From IMG/VR virus record IMGVR_UViG_3300047157_000129, positions 1 to 62,503 of that record: 62,503 nucleotides of DNA. One strand, written 5' to 3'. The DNA is from a virus (lineage: Duplodnaviria; Caudoviricetes). Within the stretch, counting starts at the first letter, position 1. Every line of letters starts with the position of its first letter. The notes under the pieces are model-generated. The model saw nothing but the letters and a program-made list of their open reading frames with translations. It made no database searches and had not been told where the DNA came from. A program made the translations under genes and the position numbers. Of this stretch, positions 9,998-21,400 are shown piece after piece.

Positions 9998-12900
9998 CAA
10001 GATTCAGATCAAGCGTAGCAGTGTAGAGGGCAAGAAGCCAACACCTGAGCAGTTGGCAGATGGGGAATTAGCACTCAACCTCAAAGACAAAAAGATCTAC
10101 GCAAAAGATTCTGATGGTGTAGTGCAAGAGTTTCCTGCTGTAGACGCAGTGAACGTAGGTGTTGAGAGCGTCAACGACATCACTGGCGAAGTCGACATCA
10201 ATGGATCCGACAACATATCCGTCACGAAGTCTGGCCAGAACCTGACTCTTGACGTCAAAGACACTGTAGCGCTGAAGACTGACGTTCCTGCACAACTCAA
10301 TCTCATCGAAGGTACTGGGATTGATATTGCGTCAGACGGTAGCAACAGAACCATCACCAATGAGATCACTGATCTTGGCGATCTAGATTCTGTTGTCATA
10401 GATGACAATACCGGGATAGCCGAAAACTCTGTTCTGACATTTACAGACGGCAACTGGGTTCCGGGTACGGGCGGTGGTTCTTCTGACGTAGATGAACTAA
10501 ATGATCTGAGCGATGTCACCCTTGACGGTGTAGATTCAAATCAGATCATGCAGTACTCCGGCGGTCAGTGGAGGAATGTAGATGTTCCGGGAGCCGCTGG
10601 ACAGACTACGGTCAATGGACTATCAGGCGCAGTGTTTCTTGAGGGAACTGGTAGCGTATCTGTCTCCAAGCCAGATCCAAACGACGACAACAAGATACTT
10701 ATCAATGGCACTAGCGGGGTTCCAGAAGCAAACAGTGATGGCAAAACTTATGGGCGCAAGGACGCAGCTTGGGTAGAGATTGAAGCTACAGGTGGCGACG
10801 AGAATGTCCAATCGAACTGGACTGAGACTGACAAAACTTCCGATTCGTTTATTCTAAACAAGCCGTCTAAACTGTCGGACTTTGAAAACGACCTAACTCT
10901 TCCTCCAGCCGACGCGGAGAAAAACGTACAGTCCGACTGGGATGAAGCGACCACTACATCTGATGCGTATATTCTGAACAAACCAACGAACCTCTCAGAG
11001 TTTGAGAACGATCTGACTCTCCCGCCATCGGACGCCGAGAAGAATGTTCAATCGAACTGGACGGAAGCAGACACTAGCAACGATGCGTTTATTCAGAACA
11101 AACCAACGAATCTGTCGCAGTTCAATAACGACATCACGATTAGTGCTGATAACGTAACAGACCTGCCTGTCACTAACCTTGAGTCCGGCAACGAGCTGAC
11201 GCTGAATGTTAAGGACGAAGGCAATGGCACTTGGACGCTGACTGCGCTGAATCAGGGTGGCAGTGGAGGCGGCGGTGGAAACCTCAACTTGATTGAGGGG
11301 GACTGCATTAGCATTGATGCCGTAGAGAATGGGACAGATTCGAATGTCACCGATATTACTATTGGTCTTGCTTCTGACTGTGATTCGATTACATCCAACC
11401 TCCCTATATCCAGCACAGATAACAAGGTTACGTTATCAGATGATAACGGTTCATTTCAAATAGAGACTGGCGACCCCACAGCAGACCCAAGCACAAAGGA
11501 AGTTCGGGTAGTTGTAGACAGTATTGGCAATGTCACGATCAAAGAAAAGCTAAGAGGTGACGGGAACTATACGCCCCTAATTGAACTTTCAGCTGGACAT
11601 GAGGTCAACGTCACCAAGTCACGTTATTACAACTATTACGCAGTTGACGGCAGCACTACCCATCGGGAAATTATCTACAACGCAGATAGCGAAGCAGCTT
11701 GTTCATTCTTAGTCTACGGGAAAACATACGCATCTGGTTTGCCTGTTGGCATACCTGTTGGCGAACAGCCTTCTCATTTTAAGTCTTCGCATGACCTTGT
11801 GCATGAAGTAAAAAGAATGCTTTGGTGTAGCAGTTCCACTAATGCAGAGCCAGACGTTGTTATTGACTGCACCACAGACTCCAACGATCCTGTTCTGAGG
11901 GTTATACCGAAGGGCCACATTGAAGCGTCCCGCATCCAAACCGACACGATCACCTCAAAGGATGCTGCTGTTGGTGATGCACGAATTAATTTTGATTCCA
12001 AAGACATCAACATCTCAGCAAACGATTTTGATGGCATCATAAGTCTGCGGAACAACTCCAGCGGCAATGCAAACATCTTTAATGTCAGCGGCAATGCTTG
12101 GTCGAGCCAGTGGGGAACTTTTGGCGGTGGTTACAGTTGGTGGGGCCAGAACTTCGAAGTAGAAGAAAATGGTATAGATTTCAAGCCGCGATACACGGGA
12201 ACGTCTAACATAGGCTCGTTCTTAATGTCTCCAATGCGGGACGCTAAATGGGGTCTTCTTCAAGGCTCTATGCGGGTGTACCCACCAACACCTAGCGGAG
12301 ACCAGCCTTCAATTCCTCAATCAGAAATGCCTCAAGTCATGGCATGGGAAGCCCTTGATGGTCGCCTAAGCGTTGGCCCCACTTCGGCTCTTACTAACAC
12401 TCGCTTGTACACCTCTGGCCCAGACTTCATCGTAAATGGAGCAATATCGGTTAATGCAACTGGTTTGTATGCACAGTATGATTTACAAAACCCAACAGCG
12501 GCTAACATCGGGGGTTACTACTGGCAAACAAAAGACAACAATATTTATTTAGGCGTTGATACTGTTGGCGATGGGAACACAGATGATTATGAATGGCAAC
12601 TTGTAGACCGTAATGAACAAGACGAGAATGGTAATTTTGTTTATCAATCATCCATAGGCACTCACAATTATTACGCAAGAACATATATCACATGCGATCA
12701 TAATTTAACATCATGGCATGATGGCTTATATGTCGAGTCTCCTTCGTGGTCTGCTACTGGCTCGATAACAGGGAACCCTAACCCTTCAAACCAAGCATGG
12801 CGAATGGGGAACTACGCTGGTGTTCGTGTGCAAAATTGCACACTTTCAAAAACAGCAGGAACAACAGCAAGTTTCTTAGCCAATCAGAATGCAAGTTCTG

Positions 12901-15683
12901 CTGGTAATTGTTACTCCTTCTACGCAATGGGTACGGCTCCAGCAAGGTTCAACGGGGGTGTCCAAACCGACACAATCACCACAAAGGATGCTGCGACAGG
13001 TGATACTAACATTCAGTTATCGGGAAGCAAAGTTGGCATTGGCTACCAGACAGGTTTGCCGGGATGGGACGCTTCACTTCTAGTACGGGCACAAGACAAC
13101 AAGTCCGGTCAAACCAATCCAGACGATGACGAGACAAGCTGGACAGAGCATCCCGGTCTTATTATTGATTCAAGGAATCCAAACAGGTTAATCAATAATC
13201 AGTGGACTGCACAAGGAACTACTACCATTACGGCAGTGCCGCCAAACTCTGATTACAGCCAGCCTGTTTCTGTTTACAGAAGTTCTGGAAGCTATGGAGG
13301 AGACCATGTCTTTGCCGCTGGGGGGCTATCAGGATGTCCAACTAAAAATGAGTATAGTTTCTGGATCGACCGATCCGGCAATCTTTATGCAAATCCAGAT
13401 TATGAGCCATCTTCAAACAACTCCTTAGTCACTAAGAAGTGGGTAATAGACAACGCTGGTGGCGGGTTCCCAATCGAATCTGATCCTGATGGTCGCGTTC
13501 TCATTGAGGCAGACGATGCCAATGGCATTCTCACAAGCTGGGTAGATAATACTCAGGGTGATACAGACCCTGACAAGAATGTGGCTGATAATGATGTATA
13601 TGTCTGGTATGTAAATGACAAGCCAGATTCTAATCCTCCTTATGGGTCGCCCGGAGCACCTGCGCTTAAGCTTACACGGCAAGGCGTTCTTGAAACTGCA
13701 TCCGGCACCTTGAAAAATAGTCGCAGTGACCTTACAGGACAGGTTACTGGATTCGGTTTAGAGGGTATTCGTAATTCCGTATTCTACCCACACGTTCAAG
13801 TTGCTCACGATTCTCGTGGCGACACAGGGCTTTATTGGGATGAAGTGAACTATCACTTCATGAAAAAAAGAAATCCACTCGATACGCAGGGAGCATCTCC
13901 GTGCGAGTTGGGCGACAACACTTCGCAAGGCTGTGCTTGGGAGTCCTCATTGTTTACCATCCGTGATGGTGGGCTTGATGGCGCAGTACACATTACGACC
14001 TCTGCTGATTACACACCGATTGACGATTACGATATTGTCACTAAGAAGTATTTTGATGACAACCGTGTCCCGCTTCCTAACCCAGACAATCCTCTTCCAC
14101 CAGTTGGTGTTGGCGCTGGCTACACATGGGAGCAGCTAGAACGAACTCCGGGACTGTATCTGTCAGCCGTGTACGGAATTAACGGCATCTATTCCATAGT
14201 TGGCTTTAGCGACATGCAAGTTGCGGCTATAGAAGGTGGAATAAGGATGGATGCTCAGTGTTTCTGGAGCACTGACGGAAGGGAGTGGACTGAAGGTTTT
14301 GTTGGAGGTGCTTGGGTTTCAGCCAACAATGGAGAAAATCTGTATTCTTTACCGACACCAAATAATAAATACGGTAAGTTCTGTGACGGAACGCAAGTAA
14401 TATTTACAGGAAATGCGTTTACCTCAACAGGGAAGACGTGGCAAGGTTTCGATACTGATCGGGCCTTTCAATACCGATCTGACAGCTACATTGGCGAAGG
14501 AGTTCCGTTTTTCTGGGATTCTGGCATTTCGGCAGATCGAGCTGTAGATCCTAGTACTGGAAGCTATCTGGGAACCAACTGGCCAGAAGGCGCATGCTGG
14601 ATTACAAGCCGGATGTACGCCATTGAGGATCTGGAAGACGACGACACAAATGACATGATCAGCATCGTCAACAGCGCCGCGACTACTAGAACTGACGTCC
14701 TACTAACCAACAGTCGTGATGTTATCTGTCCAAAGGTTTTCTTCTCTCTGAATGGGAACGATGACTACTATTTCAACACGAATAAGCTGTACAAGCCACT
14801 TCAGTCAGAAGCTGCTATTAAAGCTGCGAACAAGACTGATGCGCTTACTACCTACTTTGAGCCTCTACATTCACTCCAAGAATGCGCCGATGCTTGTTGC
14901 ACTCCTGACGGCAAGGTAGCTCTTACTCTTGATAGTGATAGCAATCAGTTTTACTGGTGGGTTCATAAGCGAACTACTTTGACTGTTCCTTCTGACTTGT
15001 GGCTAGAAACAGGAGTTTGCTGTGCGTATGACAGATCCAGCGGATACTTTGCGGCTGCAACGGCTGACAAAGTGCGCGTATACGAAGCGCCTTCCACTTC
15101 CGGGTTTAATGCGTATGGCGGTCGGCTAGTTAATACTTACACGATACCGCAGGCTGCTGAATGGACGCACTTAAGCATATCCGGTGGCGTCTACATTCTT
15201 ATGAGCAAGTCTGGTGCGATTGCAAGGCTCGACACTAACAATCCACTAAACGACACGTTTGAAATGATTGGGGCTAATTCCCCAGCAGTTTTCTCTGCCA
15301 ACCCAGTGCTGGCCGGGACAAATGGACGGTTCTTGGTTGCAGGTGGTGAAGACGTTGACGGCCTGCCTGATTTTGGTCGCATGTACAACCCACGCACCGC
15401 AGACCTTCCCCCTGCTGGCCCACCCGACGGTCCACAGCGGTATGCGTGGTCTGGTGGTGACAATAATACGGGAGGCACTACCACTGATGATGTTGATCTT
15501 ACCGATCCAGTAGACACTGGTGGAGATAAGCGTTCTGCCAGAAAGCTACTGACAACCCAGAAGGACGCTAACGAATACTTTGCAGAAGAGATTGAAAAAC
15601 GTGCGATTGTTGTAACTCTCACTCAGGCTGAGTACGACGCCCTAAGTCCACCTGATGAAAATACCTTGTACCTGATTACCTGA
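9990..15683 (+). CDS. long modular tail fibre / receptor-binding protein
   Basis: N-terminal KIQIKRS...LADGELALN fibre motif, LNDLSDV repeats, DGKTYGRKDAAW, VTKK(W/Y) repeats, C-terminal LTQAEYDAL...NTLYLI. Confidence 0.85.
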   Translation: MADKIQIKRSSVEGKKPTPEQLADGELALNLKDKKIYAKDSDGVVQEFPAVDAVNVGVESVNDITGEVDINGSDNISVTKSGQNLTLDVKDTVALKTDVPAQLNLIEGTGIDIASDGSNRTITNEITDLGDLDSVVIDDNTGIAENSVLTFTDGNWVPGTGGGSSDVDELNDLSDVTLDGVDSNQIMQYSGGQWRNVDVPGAAGQTTVNGLSGAVFLEGTGSVSVSKPDPNDDNKILINGTSGVPEANSDGKTYGRKDAAWVEIEATGGDENVQSNWTETDKTSDSFILNKPSKLSDFENDLTLPPADAEKNVQSDWDEATTTSDAYILNKPTNLSEFENDLTLPPSDAEKNVQSNWTEADTSNDAFIQNKPTNLSQFNNDITISADNVTDLPVTNLESGNELTLNVKDEGNGTWTLTALNQGGSGGGGGNLNLIEGDCISIDAVENGTDSNVTDITIGLASDCDSITSNLPISSTDNKVTLSDDNGSFQIETGDPTADPSTKEVRVVVDSIGNVTIKEKLRGDGNYTPLIELSAGHEVNVTKSRYYNYYAVDGSTTHREIIYNADSEAACSFLVYGKTYASGLPVGIPVGEQPSHFKSSHDLVHEVKRMLWCSSSTNAEPDVVIDCTTDSNDPVLRVIPKGHIEASRIQTDTITSKDAAVGDARINFDSKDINISANDFDGIISLRNNSSGNANIFNVSGNAWSSQWGTFGGGYSWWGQNFEVEENGIDFKPRYTGTSNIGSFLMSPMRDAKWGLLQGSMRVYPPTPSGDQPSIPQSEMPQVMAWEALDGRLSVGPTSALTNTRLYTSGPDFIVNGAISVNATGLYAQYDLQNPTAANIGGYYWQTKDNNIYLGVDTVGDGNTDDYEWQLVDRNEQDENGNFVYQSSIGTHNYYARTYITCDHNLTSWHDGLYVESPSWSATGSITGNPNPSNQAWRMGNYAGVRVQNCTLSKTAGTTASFLANQNASSAGNCYSFYAMGTAPARFNGGVQTDTITTKDAATGDTNIQLSGSKVGIGYQTGLPGWDASLLVRAQDNKSGQTNPDDDETSWTEHPGLIIDSRNPNRLINNQWTAQGTTTITAVPPNSDYSQPVSVYRSSGSYGGDHVFAAGGLSGCPTKNEYSFWIDRSGNLYANPDYEPSSNNSLVTKKWVIDNAGGGFPIESDPDGRVLIEADDANGILTSWVDNTQGDTDPDKNVADNDVYVWYVNDKPDSNPPYGSPGAPALKLTRQGVLETASGTLKNSRSDLTGQVTGFGLEGIRNSVFYPHVQVAHDSRGDTGLYWDEVNYHFMKKRNPLDTQGASPCELGDNTSQGCAWESSLFTIRDGGLDGAVHITTSADYTPIDDYDIVTKKYFDDNRVPLPNPDNPLPPVGVGAGYTWEQLERTPGLYLSAVYGINGIYSIVGFSDMQVAAIEGGIRMDAQCFWSTDGREWTEGFVGGAWVSANNGENLYSLPTPNNKYGKFCDGTQVIFTGNAFTSTGKTWQGFDTDRAFQYRSDSYIGEGVPFFWDSGISADRAVDPSTGSYLGTNWPEGACWITSRMYAIEDLEDDDTNDMISIVNSAATTRTDVLLTNSRDVICPKVFFSLNGNDDYYFNTNKLYKPLQSEAAIKAANKTDALTTYFEPLHSLQECADACCTPDGKVALTLDSDSNQFYWWVHKRTTLTVPSDLWLETGVCCAYDRSSGYFAAATADKVRVYEAPSTSGFNAYGGRLVNTYTIPQAAEWTHLSISGGVYILMSKSGAIARLDTNNPLNDTFEMIGANSPAVFSANPVLAGTNGRFLVAGGEDVDGLPDFGRMYNPRTADLPPAGPPDGPQRYAWSGGDNNTGGTTTDDVDLTDPVDTGGDKRSARKLLTTQKDANEYFAEEIEKRAIVVTLTQAEYDALSPPDENTLYLIT
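10803..11132 (+). repeat. three tandem ~120-bp (40-aa) coding repeats NVQS(N/D)W...ILNKP...FENDLTLPP
   Basis: Units start at 10803, 10923 and 11043; the third is partial. Confidence 0.9.
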
Positions 15684-15684
15684 C

Positions 15685-16176
15685 ATGCCAGCACTAAACA
15701 TAAGTAACATCAAAGACGCGAAGCTAGGAAGTACTGACCTCAGTGCGGTCTACAAGGGCAGTACGTTGATTTGGGATGGTGTAGCAGGGGAGTTGGTTTT
15801 AACTCGTGCTTATTTCGATTACCAATCTAGCAGTGGGTGTAATCGTGGGCAAAGCAAATTCAATTTAAGAGTGCTGGGGACGCACACTTACGATGAACCG
15901 GGCAGGCAATACAACGTTCAATATAACCTGACTGGTGGCTGGCAGGGTTCTGATAGTAATTGGATAATTGATACTTTTACAACTCCCGGCGTTCCTTTCA
16001 ATGTTGTTGGTCTCAGTATTTGCATGAGTTCAAGCAGCGGGCAGATCAACACAAACTGTCGAATGCGATTCAAGCTATCGGATGGAACGGTAACTAATTG
16101 GTCTTATTATTTTATGTCTGGAACAACAGACATTCCCGCAGATGTTTTACAAGAAAGCGAGATAGAAGATGGCTAA
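15685..16176 (+). CDS. tail-fibre-associated protein
   Basis: N-terminal KLGSTDLSAVYKGSTLIW motif typical of genes that follow such fibres. Confidence 0.6.
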   Translation: MPALNISNIKDAKLGSTDLSAVYKGSTLIWDGVAGELVLTRAYFDYQSSSGCNRGQSKFNLRVLGTHTYDEPGRQYNVQYNLTGGWQGSDSNWIIDTFTTPGVPFNVVGLSICMSSSSGQINTNCRMRFKLSDGTVTNWSYYFMSGTTDIPADVLQESEIEDG

Positions 16177-16420
16177 ACGAGTAGTAGGAACCCCGATCTC
16201 TGTTCAAGAACATCGGGAAACATTATCAGCAACGGTTGATGTTGAAAGCGGCATGACCGACTTCATCGTCAAGAGAACGTTAGTTGATGCAGACAACGGT
16301 GAAGTGATTGTTGTCCAGAAGATTCGTGAGACTGCTCCAACTGGAGAAGTTGCAACAGCAATCACGGAAGCAGTAGCAAAGTCCGCAGATGTTAAACAAC
16401 CGGAACCAGAGGCAGTCTAA
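16169..16420 (+). CDS. hypothetical protein
   Basis: Translationally coupled ORF. Confidence 0.65.
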   Translation: MAKRVVGTPISVQEHRETLSATVDVESGMTDFIVKRTLVDADNGEVIVVQKIRETAPTGEVATAITEAVAKSADVKQPEPEAV

Positions 16421-16638
16421 TGGCAGACGTACGCATACAAATACGACACGCTGATGCAGGCGCATGGACTTCTGCTAACACAGTTCTTGAAGACGGCGAG
16501 ATGGGCTGTGAAACAGATACAGGTCAGTGCAAAGTAGGTGATGGCATAATTGCATGGTCTGCGCTGCCTTACGTTGGGTATGCGTCTGATGCCGACTTGC
16601 CTAATTTTGATCGTGATGTTGATGGGGGTACATACTGA
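16420..16638 (+). CDS. stand-alone Mtd-N / hyaluronidase-N-like fibre anchor domain protein
   Basis: RIQIRH...WTSANTVLEDGEMGCETDTGQCKVGDG...WSALPY motif. Confidence 0.75.
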   Translation: MADVRIQIRHADAGAWTSANTVLEDGEMGCETDTGQCKVGDGIIAWSALPYVGYASDADLPNFDRDVDGGTY

Positions 16639-17912
16639 TGCTGTATACAGCACAAGACGCTATGGAATATATGCTAGCGACTACCACTGGCGGTACTCAG
16701 GACTCTGAGCATCGTGCGTTGCGTGCTGCTATTGGCAATGGATACAGGGATGTTATTCAACACAAAGACTGGGCCTGCCACGATACGTCAGTAGATATAC
16801 CAGCGGTCAACTTCTTGCCGGATCCTATGAAGGTTCCCTCAGCGCCAGAGAACGTCAATGGACCTTACTCTCACAGGCTACCTGCGGATTGCAAGAACGT
16901 AGACGCAATGATAGCGCCTGACAGGACAACGCCGTGCTGCTATTGCACGTTGCAGGAATACGAAAGACTGCGTGCTTACGACACATCTCCGGGCTCTACC
17001 ATCTTCTGGACAGTAGTCCCTGACGACCAAAACCCAGCATTTAATCGTTTATTGATTGCCGGACGTGGGTTTTCTCTCTATGAGGGTGATACGTATACGT
17101 TGACTTATCGCAGTAAGCCGGAACCGCTGCGCTACTTTGGGTATGAAAAAGTATGCAGGAACTCAAGCTGGGCTGAAATACCAGTTGGCAAAGTTGTGCG
17201 CTATGGTACTGCAACAACGTATCCAGAAGGCCCGTACGGGATACACCCGTTTACAACTGAGATTATTAAACAGGGAACACTAGAAGCGCCTACTGGACCT
17301 GAGTACGACGGAAAGAAATACATCTTTACGGATCGCATGGATGTGACTGATTACATGTGGACAGCATGCTTGTCCGCAGCAGAAGTCTGGTACGCCCGAC
17401 TCACAGGAAAAAACGTCGAAGGCGCTCTCACTATATACAGCAGAGACATGCGCTTAGCTATGGAGCAAGATGGACTAGCGCCATTCTCAGGACGTCGCAC
17501 ACATGTTCTACGTTATCCAGAGAACATGGAGATGCCATATGCTTCTACTGGAACTGCTCGTTCTTTGGGTTATTATTCGCCTGAGGCGCAAGACACAGGA
17601 ACAAACATCAACCCAACAGCAGGAACACCAAACGACACGTACATGACATCGGATAAGCCTCATTCTATCGGTTACGCTGGTCCTCCAAAGGAAACTACAT
17701 ACAAGGTGGTAAATGGCGTCAAGTACAATCAAACAGCAGAAGTTGATGGTAAAACAGTTGGCGCAGACAAAGCGACGTTTGTTGATCCAACCGGCACGCC
17801 CGATCAGCTACGAAAACTTGCACCGGGATCATTCAAAATAGACAAGCGTGGCGACAAGTGGGTGCTACAGGATGGCGACCCGACCGATCCAAGTTCTTGG
17901 AAAAAGGAGTAG
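16638..17912 (+). CDS. head-tail adaptor / tail tubular protein A-like
   Basis: Position; helical N-terminus, YTLTYRSKPEPL motif. Confidence 0.55.
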   Translation: MLYTAQDAMEYMLATTTGGTQDSEHRALRAAIGNGYRDVIQHKDWACHDTSVDIPAVNFLPDPMKVPSAPENVNGPYSHRLPADCKNVDAMIAPDRTTPCCYCTLQEYERLRAYDTSPGSTIFWTVVPDDQNPAFNRLLIAGRGFSLYEGDTYTLTYRSKPEPLRYFGYEKVCRNSSWAEIPVGKVVRYGTATTYPEGPYGIHPFTTEIIKQGTLEAPTGPEYDGKKYIFTDRMDVTDYMWTACLSAAEVWYARLTGKNVEGALTIYSRDMRLAMEQDGLAPFSGRRTHVLRYPENMEMPYASTGTARSLGYYSPEAQDTGTNINPTAGTPNDTYMTSDKPHSIGYAGPPKETTYKVVNGVKYNQTAEVDGKTVGADKATFVDPTGTPDQLRKLAPGSFKIDKRGDKWVLQDGDPTDPSSWKKE

Positions 17913-17919
17913 GTGGTGA

Positions 17920-18465
17920 GTGATGCAAAGAAACCAGCAATGGAAGGGTTTAGTCAGCAAAGCAAGTCCTTACCTCTTAGAAGCAGGCGCAACACAAGAG
18001 CAAGTAAACCTGCACAACAAAACACCCGGACAGCTGGAAGTTCGGGAGGGCATGTCTGCGGTGACTTTTACGCAGGAAATGACTCATTCAGTGCTGGATC
18101 TCGCCTCGTACCGGACGATCAATCAACATACCCTTCTTTTGCTGAATACATCTGGAGATTTGATTGCATCGACACAGCCACAGATCCAGCAATCAACCAA
18201 GATTGGTTACGAGCCGCCCTGCTCGACGTCGGATGGACAGACGACAACTAACTATCTTTGGCAGTATGCGTCAGATGGTGGTGTCACCAAAGACCTTATC
18301 TATATCTGGTATGGTGGGGTTCCTGTGCAAGATAGTTGGGAATACAAAGTTAGCGCTGGAGATGTGGATGGAACTGGAGCTATTGGTCCAAGCGCAGATG
18401 CTGGTGGCGCTACAATAACTGAACTTGAAGGCATTGATCCTGACTCAATGACACCGTACGAATGA
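17920..18465 (+). CDS. hypothetical tail protein (resembles the N-terminal part of nozzle proteins)
   Basis: WKGLVSKASP...N...PGQLEVREG motif; overlaps the next gene by ATGA. Confidence 0.55.
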   Translation: MMQRNQQWKGLVSKASPYLLEAGATQEQVNLHNKTPGQLEVREGMSAVTFTQEMTHSVLDLASYRTINQHTLLLLNTSGDLIASTQPQIQQSTKIGYEPPCSTSDGQTTTNYLWQYASDGGVTKDLIYIWYGGVPVQDSWEYKVSAGDVDGTGAIGPSADAGGATITELEGIDPDSMTPYE

Positions 18466-21400
18466 GCACAATAGACACACGATTCTCTGTTACGCATCCC
18501 ATCTGTGCTGCTGAAGGCAGGTACGGAGATGTATACATCACTCAAGGAGATGTTCGCCCTTCAAGATGGACAGGTGATCCAGAGAAGCCCTGCACTGATG
18601 CTGGAATTGATGCGCCTGAGAATGCGCCAGAGCTGACGTTGGACTCAGAGCCTGCATTCTATGTTGCTAGGACTGACGTTCAGAAGCCGGGAGCCGTGTA
18701 CTACGCGCCTCCAGAGATCACGTACAGCTTTGAGAACAGGAAGATTGTTGCTGAAGACGGTACTGTTACAGAAGTACCTGTCAACGAAAACTTTCGTGAG
18801 GCTAAGGCTAAAGCATACCTTGAGCAAGCTGCACTAAATGAGGTCGAGCAAATTGAAGAAGGTAAGTACTATCCAACTCCTCCAACAATTTCTCTGTCGG
18901 AAACGCATGGCAAAGGCGCCGAGCTAGAAGCCATATTGGACTGCGAACCTAATTTTATTGAAGATGAAAACAATTCCTCAATAGACGGAATTACTTTTTA
19001 CGCCTTGAAGGGGAATGGTCCTCCGTGGGAGGATGAGCAAGGCGTGGCGCTACCTAATGAGGCTGAACCTACTCAGTATCCTATTTTCCCATACGTTATT
19101 ATTCCTGTTGAGCGAAATGGGTTCGGCACCTTCGATGCTCCATACAGAGAATTTAATCTTAATAACGGCGAAGGAGACAACTGCTGTCCTGATCGCTGGT
19201 TTTATAACATGTCCGGCACCTACGAAGTGCGAGGGCTGTCTGAAGATTCGCAAGGTACTGGCGCACAAGTGCAGGTAGTTGGCTCCGGGTTTAACGTTAC
19301 GTGTAACAGTTATGGTGAAGGTCGGTTTGACTGTGAGGTTGTCGACCAAGCGCCCATTGGTGTGCAGAGCCTAACTCCATACACGTTTGGTTCGGGGTAT
19401 AGCGAGGACGACAAACCATTTATACGAATCTTTCCGTTTAAGACGTATGACTTTGAATCAACCTCAATGATTAGCTGTCCGGGTGCGGCTGGAAGTTCAC
19501 AAGAGGATCGATGCAATTTTAAGTCTATCGTGTTTCAAGGGTATGTCGGGAATCAGGCAGCTAATCCAAACGGCGTTGGCTGTGAATTAAAATCAATCAA
19601 AGTTGTTAATGGTGGCTCAGGATATCTAGTTGCTCCTGAGCTAAAAATAATTTCTGAAACAGGCTTTGGTGCATACGCTACATGCACAGTGAAAGACGGC
19701 AAGATTGACACGGTTACGATTGAGAACAAAGGCGGTGGTTACAAGTCTCCTCCAAGAATCGAAATTGTAGCTGGTGGTGCAGAAGCCTTTGGCGTTGCTC
19801 GTCCCCATCTTCGTGGCGAATATCAATGTTATTACAGGTATACAGATGACACGCCAGAAGATCGTGGCGGACCAGTACCCAGCAATCTGTCTCCTGTATT
19901 GGAGCTTGACGCTGGCGAGTACGCTACCAGCTGCACATGGAAGATCGAACCGTCTCTTCAGACAGATCGTGTAACTCATGTGGAGTTATGGCGCAGCACC
20001 AGCGGACAAGCAACCACTATGTACCGAGTGGCTCGCATACCCATAGATGAATTCCCAGAAGACGGATACCTAGACGATTTTACCGATGCAGAGCTGCGAG
20101 ACCCAGATCGTCTGCAAGGTGATTACGAGATATACTCCGCGATGCCTATCCTCCTGCCAAACGGAGAGATTAACGCAATGCGTTTTGTACCACCTCCGGA
20201 GGACAAGAGAGCAGTCGTTAAATTCCAAGACCGAATGTGGTATGGGATTGGTGGAGAACTTGAAAATGCAATTTACTACTCAGAGACAGACGAACCTGAG
20301 TCAGTGCCAGAAGAGAATGAAGTTATTATTCAGCAGAACGACAGGGATGCAGACGCGCTGCATGCCATGATTCCGTTTGGTCCGACGCTATTCTTAGCGC
20401 AGGAACGGCACCTGTTTTCATTGAACTTCTCAAAGATACCACTCCTTGATGGACAGATTTCGCCCGTTGCGTTTAGGGGATGCATTAACCAACGGTGCTG
20501 GGTAATCCATGAAGGATATACCTATGTAGCAGATCACTACGGCATATATCGTCTTGGCATGAATGGCGCTGTTGAGCCCATATCGGATGCTGTATTTGAT
20601 GAGTTTGAATTCAACATTGACTGGCGATACTCCAAGTGGAACTTTATGTCAGTTGATTTTGAATCTAAAACACTGAGGCTATTTGTTGTTCACAAAGAAG
20701 ACCTTCAGCCTGATTATGACGTGCATTCAGATATTAACGGAGAGGTATATCCAACACGAGCCTTATGCTATGACATCTTTACAAAGAGCTTCTGGTGGGA
20801 AAAGTATCCAACGCCTATAGCCTCTGCGACACAGACAAACGTAGAAAACGAAGACTACAAGACTTTGTACGGAGGGGCTTCAGGCGTTTACGCAATAGAC
20901 GAAGGCAATGTAGACATGGCTCGTGGCGCTATCATGACAGCCACAGTTACCAACAGAGGTTCAGGTTATGTTGTTCCTCCGAAAGTTCAAACATCTAGCG
21001 GGTTTGGCGGCAAGCTACAAGCGGTTATAGACGAAGAAGGAAAACTGAACTCTATTTGGATCTTGGATCCGGGATACGGTCATGCGCCGGGACCGTTGCT
21101 AGTTGAGCCTTCTCCGACTGGGGACAATGCAGAAGGAATAATAACTGCGTCTCCACTCGACGAAGATACAGCCATATGGCCGACTTTCCATTTCAAGACT
21201 GGTAATGTAGAGTTCCCGACAGATGAAACAGACTCAAAGTCTGGCGCTGAGCAACGCCGTGATATTAAGCTAAATTATCAACCAACTGAAGGAATCACAG
21301 TTGACGATCAGTGGCGTGGCAATGAGCTGTCTGTTCGATTTTACTACAATGATTCTGCATACCCAAGATACAACGTAAGCACTCGTGATCGCGGAATTGG

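Noticed and set aside
9990-16638. Diversity-generating retroelement suggested by the Mtd-N-like domain
   Set aside because: No reverse transcriptase and no template/variable repeat pair differing at adenines was seen
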